64,000 nt of DNA, taken from the NCBI RefSeq assembly GCF_046119375.1, contig NW_027362769.1, positions 370,140,001-370,204,000 of the forward strand, read 5' to 3'. Origin of the DNA: Phyllobates terribilis. Taxonomy: Eukaryota. The position numbers and the translations under genes were made by a program. How positions within the stretch are numbered: the stretch's first letter is position 1; each line of letters opens with the position of its first letter. The notes under the pieces were generated by a model. The model made no database searches. It was not told the origin of the DNA and saw nothing but the letters and a program-made list of their open reading frames with translations. Below are positions 47,391 through 61,300 of this stretch, in pieces.

Positions 47391-47759
47391 AGGGGTGTTC
47401 TGGTTTCAGAAAACTACGTCCTCCGGCTGAAAAACAAACAAACTCCACTTTACTCACCCTCCCCGGGTCCAGCGCCAAGTCTCCACCTCTGCTCCCAGTG
47501 TCTTATTGGCTGCAGCACTGACATCACGGTGCTGCAGCCAATCAGAGAGCTCAACAGCTTGTGCCATGAACTCAGGGAGAGCCGCTGAGCTCAGTTATTG
47601 GCTGCAGCGCTGTCAATGTGACATCAGCGCTGCAGACAATAATAGACACCGGGAGACTCGGCGCTGGACCAGAGAAGAGGCGAGTAAAGCGCAGGTTTTT
47701 TTTTTTTTTTAATAAACTGCAGCTGGGAGGTGGTGCTTTCCTGGTTTTGGAAAACCCCT
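47391..47759. mobile_element. Foldback MITE in the probable SLX4 3'UTR
   Basis: AGGGG...CCCCT|TTAA ends; internal inverted arms; related copy at ~35509-35843. Confidence 0.7.
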
Positions 47760-47984
47760 TTAAAGCAATGGTATCTACCGCGCAGTCAGCTGCTTCTTGT
47801 GCTGCCACTTTTGGGGTTTGTTCCCACATTGTGAATATGCAGCAGATTTTCTGCTCGCTTGGGAAGTAAGGAGACAAGGGAGGAATTACTGATCAGTGTA
47901 TGTATGTGACATCTCCTTTGTATGTTTTAAAGTAACAAAAAACAACATTTGTAAATTATGTATTTTCAGTTTAATTTAATTTGT

Positions 47985-47990
47985 AATAAA
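47985..47990 (+). terminator. Candidate SLX4 polyadenylation signal (AATAAA)
   Basis: AATAAA in an AU-rich context ~900 nt after the stop. Alternative AATAAA at 47711 lies inside the MITE. Confidence 0.5.
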
Positions 47991-48059
47991 TATATAAAAA
48001 GTCAATTGTCTAGTATTTGATTAGGACATAGATGAAATTTAGTAATAAAGGGGTTGTCT

Positions 48060-48670
48060 CAAGATGAATCTTCAGGAGCACACTGCTCCTCTGTCTCAAG
48101 GGGGTGACTAATCTTCAGGTGCGCACCGCTCCTCTGCTTCAGGTGGGTGATGAATCTTCAGGTGCGCACCGCTCCTCTGCTTCAGGTGGGTGATGAATCT
48201 TCAGGTGCGCACCGCTCCTCTGCTTCAGGTGGGTGATGAATCTTCAGGTGCGCACCGCTCCTCTGCTTCAGGTGGGTGATGAATCTTCAGGAGCACACTG
48301 CTCCTCTGACTCAAGTGGGTGATGAATCTTCAGGTGTGCATCACTCATCTGCCTTAGGTGGGTGGCGAATCTTCAGGAGCGCAGCGATCCTCTGCCTCGG
48401 GTGGGTGATGAATCTTCAGAAACGCACCGCTCCTCTGCCTCGGGTGGGTGATGAATCTTCAGGAGCGCAGCAATCCTCTGCCTTGGGTGGGTGATGAATC
48501 TTCAGGAGCGCACAGCTCGTCAGACTCAAGTGGGTGATCAATCTTCGGATGTGCACCGCTCCACTGCCTCGGGTGCGTGATGGTTCTTCAGGAGCTCACC
48601 GCTCCTCTGCCTCAAGTGGATGATGAATCTTCAGGAGCGCACCGCTCCTCTGCCTTAGGTGGGTGATGAT
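48060..48670. repeat. Minisatellite, 43-bp unit, ~14 copies
   Basis: GATGAATCTTCAGGTGCGCACCGCTCCTCTGCTTCAGGTGGGT; period 48121 to 48164. Confidence 0.92.
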
Positions 48671-51600
48671 ATGAAGAGGAATACAGACAGATCTGCTCAG
48701 TAGTCTGTGCTGGAGAAGTCTTTAAGCCTCATTTTTTTGCCAGAGTAGATGCAGAGAGCGTCTCTCGCTCTGGAGAACCTGTCCTGTCCTACATTACACG
48801 TACAATCCGTTGACTTTAGTGAGAACAGTGTAATACTGCATGTCACCACTGGTGGCGCTGCAGGAACATTGAACACTTCCAGATTTCCCTATTGATTTCA
48901 GCTAATCGCTGGGGGACTGTGTGACAAATATTTTTTGGGGAACCCTCCTAATGATATGGATTAACCCCTTAGTGCATAAAACAAGGTAGAAAGATGGCAA
49001 ATTCTCAAAATGCTTCGAAGACTAAGGAACAGGGCGGCCGTGGCCATAGGGTTGTGGATAAATCCAACCCTCCATGATAGGTGATGCCAGCAAGCAGGTA
49101 GCTGTCCCCAGCCACCATACGCAGCAGTGTTGGGACGCCTCCAGACTTTGCAGCGTTTACGCTCACATGTAGGTCTGTCTCCTTCCTCGTGTGGTTTGCT
49201 ACATCCTGAGTGTGACCTGTGTCAGCCGCGCAGATATTCTTCTTCTATAATTATATAAATGCAAAAAGACCCAAAACATCAGAACCTTCCCCCTGTGCAC
49301 AGCAGGTAAAGATTACCACCAGGATCATCCCCCGGAGCATAAACCTGCAGCACGGACGCTCGGTGATGGCCATACACCTTTAAATCGATGTTGGGTAAAT
49401 CCGCAGATTTCTTTTGGACTGGTTGACCAGCAGATGTGCTTGATGGGGATGTACTAACTTTCCCCATATGGCAAATGGCCAGACACCATCAGTTACTCCT
49501 CCAGGCCCATCATACACATGACACTCAGTAAGGCCAAGTGTACATGTGCTGTCATTAGTGAGAGGGGTAAACTTCAGAAGAAAGGATTGGGCATATTGAA
49601 ATTCAACTTGCGTGATCATTTTAGCAACATAATCTGTTGTGAGAGTGATTTTATTAGGCCCCCCATACACACGTGCTACCGAAAATGGCAGGTTTGGCCA
49701 ATTTCACTCATATATTAGCAGCTTTAGATTTCATCTATCGATATATCTCATATCTATATTATCTATCTCTTCCTAAAACGACACCAGTCACCAGATTTCA
49801 CAATACACACTCCATGAATTACTTACACCTATTAGACTTGGTGAGACTGGTGTCTTTACTATGAAAATCCATGTCAGAATGGCTGTATAATCCTTTGTTA
49901 AATGTTTCCCTGGCTAGTATTAAAATTAGCATTTTTATCAGTCCCGCTGTATCAGAAGTCATAAAATGCTGACATTAAGGGGTTATTCCCATCTCCAAGA
50001 TCCTAGTATAGTAGGTGTAATAAAAATAATATTAGCAAATATTTCCAATTCGAAATGTAGTATAGTTTTTCTGATTAGCTATGTTACTTACCCCTTGCGC
50101 AGGACATTGGGTATCCAAGGTTACGGCCGCTAACAAATAACTGCCACTATATGAATGGTCAGAACCATGGATACCTAAGCTACTGCACGACCCTGCATAT
50201 GAGGTAACCGAGAAAGCTAATCAGAAGAACTATACTACATTTCTAATTGGAGGCATTTGCTAATGTTATTATTATTACAACTACTACATATTGGGATAGG
50301 ATTTTGGAGATGGTTATACCCCTTTATCGTCGGTTATAAACATATTTTGATGTGGAGCAGTTCTTTATGCCCCTTGTTTCAGATATAGGGGGTTGGAGGC
50401 ATTCTAAGTTGGACATTTTAGTCTCTGAAACCCCCACCTCAGTAGCTGCCCCAAAGGTATGCACACCCCTGGTTTACAAACAATTGGTTACAGATTTTCT
50501 AGATGATCAGATTCCGGATTACAGGAACTATACGGTATTTCATTTATTTCTAGATGAATCCTCGTCCCTTCTCCTCTCACTTACAGTAAGTGTTTCTCTT
50601 TGTGAATTGTCTCCAATGAGAAGCTGATCTTTATTTTCTATTCTTCTAAGTTTAGTTTCAAGACCTGAGACAGGAAGCCTGAGAGGGCGAGACGCCGAGG
50701 CGGAAGAGGTGAGATGCTGAGATCAGGGGACCAGACGGAGAGCACAGGCGCATAGCAGAGCTTAGAAGGTGGTCACAAGGCTGGAGGGCTGGGGAGAGGC
50801 ACCAGGAGCTGTCAAGGAGGACTGGTGACAGGTAACGGAGGTACTGCCGGTCTGAAGCAAGGAGACCGAGATCAGCGGTGATGATACAACACCGCCACTC
50901 ACCCTAGCTCAAGACAATGGGTATAACAATGGGGCTGATCCTCGTGGATCCGTTTGCGGTAGAGTGATAGTGTCCGTTGCAGAGGGCAATGGGATCCACT
51001 CAGGGTCAGTAGCAGAGGGCCAGCTCTGGGATTATATGAGCCTTTGGGTGACAGTGTCCCATTGGGCCCCTCTCTTTCCAAAAGCTATAATTTTTTTTTT
51101 TGTTGTTGATATCATTGTACGAGCTGTAGTTTTATTAACTTTTATTGGGGTCAACAGAACATATTTTATTCTATCTATTTTTGTTAATTTTTTTTTGGAG
51201 AGTTGTAGATTTAGATTGTGTCTTTTTCCTTTTGGAGTCAAACGTATGGGATAAGTATTATATTTTATTAGTGAAGACATGCAGGTGGCAATAGCAATTG
51301 TGTTATTTTTTTTACATTTTTTTTAGATTTTATTATTTGGGAAAAGTACTTTTTAATTTTCATTTAAATAATATTTTTAATTTATTTATTTTTATTGTTC
51401 TCCATAGGGAACTTGCGATCACTTGATTGCTTCTACATTGTAATACTGCTATGTCAATGCTGCCTAGTTGTGTAAGAAACCGATGGGCATCAGAAGGGAC
51501 ATCTTCCCCCATTTCCAACCTCTTAGATGCTACTTGCACAGAAGACAGCAGCATCTAAGTGGTTTCATTGCTTTAATACGAGCAGTTAGAAAAAAGTATT

Positions 51601-52370
51601 TGCCCCCTTTGCAGAGGTCTGCATGAAATGGTCTTCACGAGGGTTCCTGTTTCTGTTCTGGTCCTTTAGATATAGGCAAAGTCTCAGGTTCATTGGGGGA
51701 TGGGATTCATTTTGGTTTGGACTTTTTGTAATATTTTTTTTCGCATGCTGTTTCCCTCTTAAATCGGAACTAAGTCGACAAATTCATGTTTAAATTAAAT
51801 GAGAAAAATAGTCGTCATCACAGGGGTTTATTTTCAGCATTTTCTGCCTGATTCTGAGAAGGTCAGTCTTTTAGATAATCCTGCAGAAAACACAGGGGTT
51901 AATCTCCCACAGAAGATCAGTGTAATCTTTGCTTGGTTTAAGGGTGTGGAGATTATTGCTCTTTAGTCCTAGCAGTGGGGGGAGGCTCCTGCTGCAGTCA
52001 GTTGTCTTACAGCCAGACATCAAATAAAGAGGAGGATGTAGCTGAACTCTTCAGACACAGAGAAGATTTCTTTATCATTTTTTAGTTTCCATAGTAAAAC
52101 AAGAAAAAAAGGATAAAAATAGAAGATATAAAGCATGCTAGGTTAGACTTTGACTTTTTTAACTGAAGGTTTTAATAATCAAGGTGTTTTGAGTTTATTA
52201 TATGAATGTTTTTTGTTTTTTATTCCATGTCCGGACTGGCCTAAATTTAGTTTTATTACTTCGATACAGAGTCAGCGGGCTTTATTCTACCTTCAGCATA
52301 GATGAAGAGATGACATGGACCGTGATCACGCCTGGAATACTGGAACTTCGTGTTATTTCAAAATAATGAC

Positions 52371-52377
52371 ATGGAAG
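52371..52377 (+). CDS. NLRC3: NLRC3 probable start (ATG GAA G) at the end of exon 52297-52377
   Basis: Strong Kozak GACATGG; AAG|GTTTGT donor in phase 1 joins 53856 to give MEGLWILRYRRQLV; in-frame stop upstream at 52323. Confidence 0.55.
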
Positions 52378-55300
52378 GTTTGTAAATGGCCTTTTAGACA
52401 CTATATGCTTTGTGCTGTTCAAGGGTACATGTCCTTAGCCCACCTTTTTAAAGTCTTAACCCACTGTGGCTCTGTACACCTCCTGGTAGTAAAGTTATTT
52501 AGTAGAGTTCCTCTCTTCTAACCTACTGTGGCTCTGTACACCTCCTGGTAGTAAAGTTATTTAGTAGAGCTTGTCTTCTAACCTACAGTGGCTCTGTACA
52601 CCTCCTGGTAGTAAAGTTATTTAGTAGAGCTGGTCTTCTAACCCACTGTGGCGCTGTACATCTCCTGGTAGTAAAGTTATTTAGTAGAGTTTGTCTTCTA
52701 ACCCACTGTGGCGCTGTACGCCTCCTGGTAGTAAAGTTATTTAGTAGAGTTTGTCTTCTAACCTACTGTGGGTCTGTACACCTCCTGGTAGTAAAGTTAT
52801 TTAGTAGAATTTCTGTCTTCTAACCCACTGTGGCTCTGTACACCTCCTGGTAGTAAAGTTATTTAGTAGAGTTTCTGTTTTCTTACCCACTGGGGCTCTG
52901 TACACCTCCTGGTAGTAAAGTTATTTAGTAGAGTTTCTGTCTTCTAACCCACTGTAGCACTGTACGCCTCCTGGTAGTAAAGTTATTTAGTAGAGTTTCT
53001 GTCTTCTAACCCACTGTGGCTCTGTACATCTACTGCTAGTAAAGTTATTTAGTAGAGTTTGTCTTCTAACCCACTGTGGCTCTGTACACCTCCTGGTAGT
53101 AAAGTTATTTAGTAGAGTTTCTGTTTTCTTACCCACTGGGGCTCTGTACACCTCCTGGTAGTAAAGTTATTTAGTAGAGTTTCTGTCTTCTAACCCACTG
53201 TAGCACTGTACGCCTCCTGGTAGTAAAGTTATTTAGTAGAGTTTCTGTCTTCTAACCCACTGTGGCTCTGTACACCTCCTGGTAGTAAAGTTATTTAGTA
53301 GAGTTTGTCTTCTAACCCACTGTGGCTCTGTACACCTCCTGGTAGTAAAGTTATTTAGTAGAGTTTCTGTTTTCTTACCCACTGGGGCTCTGTACACCTC
53401 CTGGTAGTAAAGTTATTTAGTAGAGTTTCTGTCTTCTAACCCACTGTAGCACTGTACGCCTCCTGGTAGTAAAGTTATTTAGTAGAGTTTCTGTCTTCTA
53501 ACCCACTGTGGCTCTGTACATCTACTGCTAGTAAAGTTATTTAGTAGAGTTTCCGTCTTCTGAAGTATTTGACTCCAGTATTGTACTTTATTTGAGGAAG
53601 CTGCTCAGCCACCAATATGGTGGGCATTTCTTGTAAATTCATGTTTATTAGGTGATTACACAGATTTGGCATTTTGGGATCCTAAAAATAAATATACCGT
53701 AAATCCAAAGAGTTTGACTCTTTGACCCAGAATGAAGGGAAATACACGTCAAGATTTTTTTCATTTGTCCGTGGTTTATGTTTTATTTCCTTGGATTTTT
53801 TAGCTATTTAGGCATTGCTTACCTGGTAGTAACTACTTCTCTCTGTTGTGGTTAGGCCTATGGATTCTCCGGTACAGGAGACAGCTGGTATCCAGTGCCT
53901 GTCCGGAATCGCTCCAGGAGATCATGACAAAGCTACAAGATCTGCAGATGTTGGCTGCAGACGAGGTGAAACGTCTTCAGGAATTACCATTGCCCAAGAG
54001 GGCAGAGACTCTTATGGACACTGTAGGTGGGAAGGGCAGGATGCCTCTCCAAGCTTTCCAACACTGCATAGAGAAGAGTCGTACCTGCCTTTATCTGCGG
54101 ATGCGCCATTTTGGTCAGTGATGTCCTATACGTGAGCTCTAGGGTTTGTCTAAACTTTATTGAAAAGTTTGGACACACTTGTTCACACAATGTTTTTTGT
54201 TCTTATTTGAATGTGCACATTATAGATTCAGACTTATGGCAGCAAAACCACAAATGAACAGATAAGGAAACAAACAGTAAAGAACAAACCAGAACATGTG
54301 TTAAATCTTATATTCCTCATAGTACTCCGCCACTCTGATGACAGCTGTACATCCCTTTGGCATTCTCTCCAGCAGCTTCATCAGGTCATCGCCGGAATGA
54401 CTTCCAAAGACCTCATTTGTGGAACCGGCCTTCAAAAAATGTTTGCGACTATCAGGTGTGTTTTACAGAGGTAGAGTTGGTGCACAGATCCATAGTTTAC
54501 AACTCTAAGCCAAAATATGGCAAGAACCAATGAACTAAGTACAAAGAAAACGACAGTCCATTGTTACTATAAGACATGAAGATCAGTCAGAAAATTACTA
54601 GAACCTTGAAGAAACCCTCAAGTGCAGTCATGAAAATAATCAATCACTATTATTAAACTGGCTCTCATGAGGACTGCCCCAGGGAAAGAAGACCAAGAAT
54701 TACCTCTGCTGCAGAGGATAAGTTCATCAGAGTTACCGTCCTCAGAAACCCCAAATTGACAGCACCTCAGATAACAGCTCTCATAAATTATGCACAGACA
54801 TCAAGTGGCAGACAAATCTCACCGTGCACTGTCCAGAGGAGACTATGAGAAGCAGACTTTTATGACTGAATTGGTGCAAAGAATCAGATACTGAAAACTG
54901 CAAAGAAGAAGAGACTTTTTTTGGGCCAAGCAGCACAAGGTCTGGATATTAGATAAGTGGGAATCTGCACTGTGGTGTGATGAGTGAAAATATGAGATTT
55001 TTGGTACCAACCTCCATGGCTTTATGAAGTGCAGAAAAGGTGAGCGGATGGCTTCTAAAAGTGTGTTGCCCTCCGTGAAGCACGGAGGGGGAGGTGTGAT
55101 GGTGCTTTACTGGTGATTTATTCCAAATTCATGGCACACTTAACCAGCATGGTGACCACAGCATTCTCCACTGACATGCCATCCAATCCTGTTTCCATGT
55201 AATGAAACCATCATTTGTGCTGCAAGAGGACAATGTCCCAAAACGCACCTCCAGGCTATGTAAGATCTATATGACTAAGAAAAGGAGGGATGAAGACTGC

Positions 55301-58300
55301 GTTAAATGACATGGGCTCCACCATCACCTGACCTGAATCAAATTGAGATGGTTTGGGATGATCTTGACAGCAGAATAAAGACAAAGCAGCCAAGAAGTGC
55401 TCAGCACAACTGGGAACTCATTCATAATGGTTGGAAGCCATTCTTGGTGATGACCTGACGAAGCTGCTTGAGAGAATGCCAAGGGGGTGTAAAGCTAACA
55501 TCAAAGTAAAAGAGGGGTACGATGAGGAATCTAAGGATTAACACATATTCTGGTTTGTTTCACAGGCATTTCTTTACTCTTTGTTTCCATATGTGTCCCT
55601 ATGTGTTTTTTTGCGGAGTTCAGTCTGAATCTACTACGTGCATATTCAAGTAAGAACAAGGAAAAGCATTGCGTGAATAGGTGTGTCCAAACTTTTGACT
55701 GGTCCCGTACTTCAACCACATTTGTCTTTTTATAGATCCACTGGTGCGGAAACATTTGGACAATGTGGAATACGATGATCACCAGCCACTTTTGGCACAG
55801 TTAGACTCCGTTCTGATGGTGGAAGGTCTCAAAGATGCCCAAATTCAAGAACATGACGTTGGACAGCTAGAACTAGAGCAGACAGGACGAGCAGGCTCTA
55901 AGTCGTTGCCTCTTGAAAAAATGCTAATGCCATTGTCACGAGTCAGTCTTCCCCCACGTATCACCCTAACTGTGGGGGTGGCAGGGGCTGGTAAGAGCAC
56001 TCTTGTTCGACTGTTTGTGGAAAAGTGGACCCGCGGCAAGTTGTGTACAGATATTAAATCTGTGTTGTCTCTGAATCTGTGGGAGCTAAATATTTATGAT
56101 CGCCTATCTGCAGAGAAGATGGTTCGTATTGCTTGCCCTGGCACTTCCACTCTACCGCCAAGTTCTCTTCTCATTTTGGATGGCTTGGATGAATTACGAG
56201 CACCACTCGACTTCTCAGACTCTGTTGGCAGCATTGACCCCCAGAAAGAGCTTTCTCCCGAGTGTCTCATTACCAATATTTTACGGGGTAACCTGCTGCC
56301 AGATGTCACCGTGTGGATTACATCAAGACCAGGAGCAGCTGCAAAGATTCCTGGTGGGCTTGTGGATCGTATGACAGAAATTTCTGGTTTAGGGTCAAAT
56401 GACATCAGGGATCTTCTAGATCATTTGATACATGACACCAATGGCACCCTGGAGAGGGTCTGGGATCATCTACAATGTCATCGTGCCTTGAAGGCCCTTT
56501 GTTCTGTGCCCACCTTGTGCCATATTATAGGACTTTCTCTAGGGTTTACATTGCATGCTCAAGACTCAACACATCAACATTTACCAGATACGTTGTCGGA
56601 CATATTTTCCTGGTACTTAAAAGCCCAATTCTGTGACTCAGAAGGGATAGAACAACCAGCAAATTCCAGGAGAATGGTTGGCAATTTGGGCAAACTGGCA
56701 TTCCAGGGTCTGCTTAGAAAACGGACCGTTTTCTATGAGTCAGATCTGAAATCTTGTGGGATCGAGACCCCAGTTCTACCCGGCAGCTTAGGTTCACGAT
56801 TGCTGGTTTCTCAACACTCTCCCTCCTGTTCATCTTTCGCCTTCTCCCATCTTTTGCTGCAGGAGTTCCTGGCAGCCGTCCACTACCACTCTGCTGCCAA
56901 ACGTGCAATCTTTGACCTGTTTGCCGATGGTGGAGTTTCTTGGCCCAAGTTGGGCTTTCTCAATCACTATAAAAATGCCACCCAGCGCGTTTTACAAGCT
57001 GATGGAGTACAGCTGTCTATTTTTCTCCGTTTCCTATCTGGACTTCTTTCACCACAGGTCCCGCGTGTCCTAGCCGGATGTCTTCCAAGTAAAGAGGAAC
57101 CAAGCAACCATCGTGGGTCGGCTATAGATCACCTTCAGAGCTTGCTCAGTGCGGGAAAGACGATCTCTGGAGGGATGGTGAACTTGGTGTGCTGCCTTTA
57201 CGAGATGGGTCATACTGAGCTGATCAGTGCGGTGGATGAGGCTCTGAAGACGGGGACTCTTAGGGGTCAACTGAACCCATTGACAAGTTCTGCTCTTGCA
57301 TATTTGTTACGTGTGTCAGGCAGCTGTTCCCAAGAAACGAACCTCAACCAATGCCTGAATTATGGACTAGTCCAGAACTTCCTCCCTCAGCTCCAGTACT
57401 GCACCAACCTCCGGTAATTACTACAAGTCTTGGGACTATCCAAGACATGGTATTACATGTGCGATATGGGGAGTTTGCATCTCATATACATTTCTTTGTA
57501 CAGAATGGAGAATAACAACTTTAAGGATGATGTTATGGAACTGTTGGCCACCATCCTGCGCGCTAAAGACTGTACCATCCAGAAAATCAGGTGAGTAGCC
57601 CATGAGCAAATATCTGTCTGTCCTAAAATACAGGTAATATGAGTAGAGGTCTTGGGTTCATGGAGACGCAATCTATCGCCAGTGAATAAATCTGCCTTTT
57701 CCCGATGTTCTTTATTTCCAGCCTTGCAGAGAACCAGTTGGGTAATCGTGGTATTAAAGTGTTGGGCAAAGCTCTCATGGTGAACCGGACTCTATCATCT
57801 CTTGAGTGAGTCTCCATGAATCAGAGGGGAACTTGTAGGATGTAATTGCGGTATGAAGCCACGACGCTTGACCGGGGGGGGGGGGGGTTTGTGAGCCACG
57901 ACGTTTGCCTGGGGGGGTCTGTGAACCACGACACTTGTCTGGTGGGGTTTGTGAGCCACGACGTTTGCCTGGGGGGGTCTGTGAACCACGACACTTGTCT
58001 GGTGGGGTCTGTGGGCCACGACACTTGCCTGGTGGGGTCTGTGGGCCACGACACTTGCCCGGTGGGGTCTGTGAGCCACGACGCTTGCCCAGGGGGGGTC
58101 TGTGGGCCACGACACTTGCTCAGGGGGTCTGTGAGCCACGACGCTTGCCCAGGGGGGGTCTGTGGGCCACGACACTTGCTCAGGGGGTCTGTGGGCCACG
58201 ATGCTTGCCTGGGGGGTCTGTGGGCCACGACGCTTGCCCAGGGGGTCTGTGGGCCACGACGCTTGCCCAGGGGCAGTGGCCTACAACGCTTGCTCTAGTG

Positions 58301-61300
58301 CCACCTATTGGAGGTAGCTACCCTGTACATCATTTGAGACATAAACATACTATTAATTGCCTGCATTTTATGCCACAGCCTGCACAGCAACATCATTGGA
58401 CCCAATGGTGCCCGAGCCTTGGCGGAATATCTGAGGAATAATCAAGTACTTTCGAGTCTCGAGTGAGTAGACTGTACTGGGTCACACCGACGCCTCCATC
58501 ATCTGTTACAACAGTCATACATGAAGAAGAAAAAATTGTCTTTGTTGGCCCTAGAAACGAATCAGAGCTCAGCTATAATTTCTTAAACTGACTTGGTAAA
58601 ATGAAAGCTGCGTTGTGATTGGTTGCTATGAGCAACAAAAAAAAAGACTGTTTCTTTTAGGTAGTTTTGATAACTCTGCCCTAACAAATGCCTCGCTGTA
58701 GTGCTCACTGCCAGTACTAACGAATGTGATCTACAAGATCTCCCAGTCTGCACTTAGCAGATGTGTCACTGCCAGTCACAGTCATCTGTAGCCAGCACTG
58801 GCCTTACATTGCTTTGTGCCCTGGGCTGCTCCTTCCAGAGGTGCCGTCTACATGGGGTATAGAATAATAATACTTCCATACAGTTGTTTAAATAAATACT
58901 GCAACACAGTACTTATATAATACTGCCTTATAGTGCTTATAAAATAATGGCATACAATGACCAAATAATACCACCTAATAGTGCTTATATAATACAATCA
59001 TAAAGTGACCAAATAATGCCACCTAATAGTGCTCATATAATACCACCATAAAATGACCAAATAATACCGCCATATAGTGCTCATGTAATACTAACATACA
59101 GTTACTAAATAATACCACATTGTGGTGCTCACATAATACCGACATACAGTGACCAAACAATACGACTTTATAGTGCTCATTTAATACCGTTATACTGTAT
59201 CCAAATAATGCCACCTCACAGTTCTCATGTAATACTAACATATAGTGACCAAATAAAACCAACATATAGTGCTCATATAATACCGACATATAATGCTTAT
59301 AATATTCCCATACAGTGACCAAATAATACCACCTCACATTTCCCATATAATACCAACATAGTGACCAAATACCACCATATAGTGCTCATATACCGACATA
59401 TAATGCTCATATAATATCCCCCATACAGTGAGCAAATAATACAACCTTATAGTGCTCATATATTACCATTATACAGTGACCAAATAATACCACCTCACAG
59501 TTTTTATATAACACCGACGTACATTAACCAAATAATATTCCCTCATATATTGCGCATATAATACCAACATGTAGTGTTCGTATATCATGATAGTGACCAA
59601 ATAACAGTGCTATACAGAAGTATGGCACTGTACAATGTATAAATAATTCTGCTATACAATTAATGTTAAAATTTGTGTTGGTCACAATATTTGGCCGCTA
59701 GTCCATCAGTGGGGCCCCCTACAGCACGGACGGCTGATGCACCTCATACACAGAGCATTTCCCTAATGCCAACCCTTGGCCAACTTCGATGTATTAATGA
59801 GGTGTTTTTCCTTGTTCCATGGAAGCTTCATGTACAACCGGAGACCTGGCCCTCCACCCTAGTCCAGAGTCTACTTCTCAGATTCTCGGTAATTGGGGTT
59901 GTGCCTTTATCTTTCTTACAGTCTACAAAACAACCGCATCAAATCGGAGGGGGCCGAGCACCTGGCGCAGTCTCTACGGAAGAACCGCAAGCTGAGGGCC
60001 CTGAAGTAAGTGGATGCATGTCACATATGTGATGCTTCAGCGTAACGTCAAGATCCTGGACCCCACTGCCAAATCTGTAACCTGGACCTACCATGGGCCA
60101 TCTGTAATACTACTGGCTTATGTGGTCGAGCAGCATTTGGCCCCTGCAGGCACCAGGTGTGACTGCTTCCTCTACACCCCCACAAATTATCCATTGGGGT
60201 CCCATATTAACCCCTTTCCGACGTAAGATGTAATAGTACGTCCTGTAATGGGTGCGGATGTATGGAGTGGACTCAGGAGCTGAACTTGCTTTCCACTGTG
60301 CAAGCGCAGGCTGTGTTATACAGTCAGCACCTGCCTCTAACAGCAACCACAGGAGCTAGCTCTGATCGCTGCTGTTTAACCATTTAAATGCCAACCTCAA
60401 TCTCTGACAAAGGCATTTAAATGGCACGATTGAGTGGCGCAATCATTCCAGCATCCATTGCTCCACTTCCCGCTAGGAGATTGGGGAGAAGATAGGTTGC
60501 AATTGTAGCAGAGGGTCTACTGCCGCTCCTTCACCACAATCTTGGTGCTCCTATGGGCTTCATAGAAGATCGCTTGCCCTATGTACTGCATAACAATGGA
60601 GTCCCCCAAGGGGACTAAAATAAAATATACAGTAAAAAAATTAAATAAATAAATATATATACATATACAGTACAGACCAAAAGTTTGGACACACCTCATT
60701 TAAAGATTTTTCTGTATTTTCATGACTTTGAAAATTGTACATTCACACTGAAGGCATCAAAACTATGAATTAACACATGTGGAATTATATACTTAAAAAA
60801 AAAGTGTGAAACAACTGAAAATATGCCTTATATTCTAGGTTCTTCAAAGTAGCCACCTTTTGCTTTGATGACTGCTTTGCACACTCTTGGCATTCTCTTG
60901 ATGAGCTTCAAGAGGTAGTCACCGGAAATGGTCTTCACTTCACAGGTGTGCCCTGTCAGGTTTAGTAAGTGGGATTTCTTGCCTTATAAATGGGGTTGGG
61001 ACCATCAGTTGTGTTGTGCAGAAGTCTGGTGCATATACAGCTGATAGTCCTACTGAATAGACTGTTAGAATTTGTATTATGGCAAGAAAAAAGCAGCTAA
61101 CTAAAGAAAAACGAGTGGCCATCATTACTTTAAGAAATGAAGGTCAGTCAGTTCGAAAAATTGGGAAAACTTTGAAAGTGTCCCCAAGTGCAGTTGCAAA
61201 AACCATCAAGCGCTACAAAGAAACTGGCTCACATGAGGACGGCCCCAGGAAAGGAAGACCAAGAGTCACCTCTGCTTCTGAGGATAAGTTTATCCAAGTC

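Noticed and set aside
50352-50627. 91-aa ORF as a separate gene
   Set aside because: No recognisable family or supporting exon structure.
50554-50831. Upstream coding exons for NLRC3 (ATG 50554 or 50714) or stop-codon readthrough at TAG 50753
   Set aside because: Joining them needs a 47-50-nt intron or readthrough, and ATG 52371 gives a simpler model. They may be 5'UTR exons but this cannot be shown.
57775-58441. Pro/Gly-rich repeat ORFs on the minus strand
   Set aside because: Intronic minisatellite between two LRR exons.
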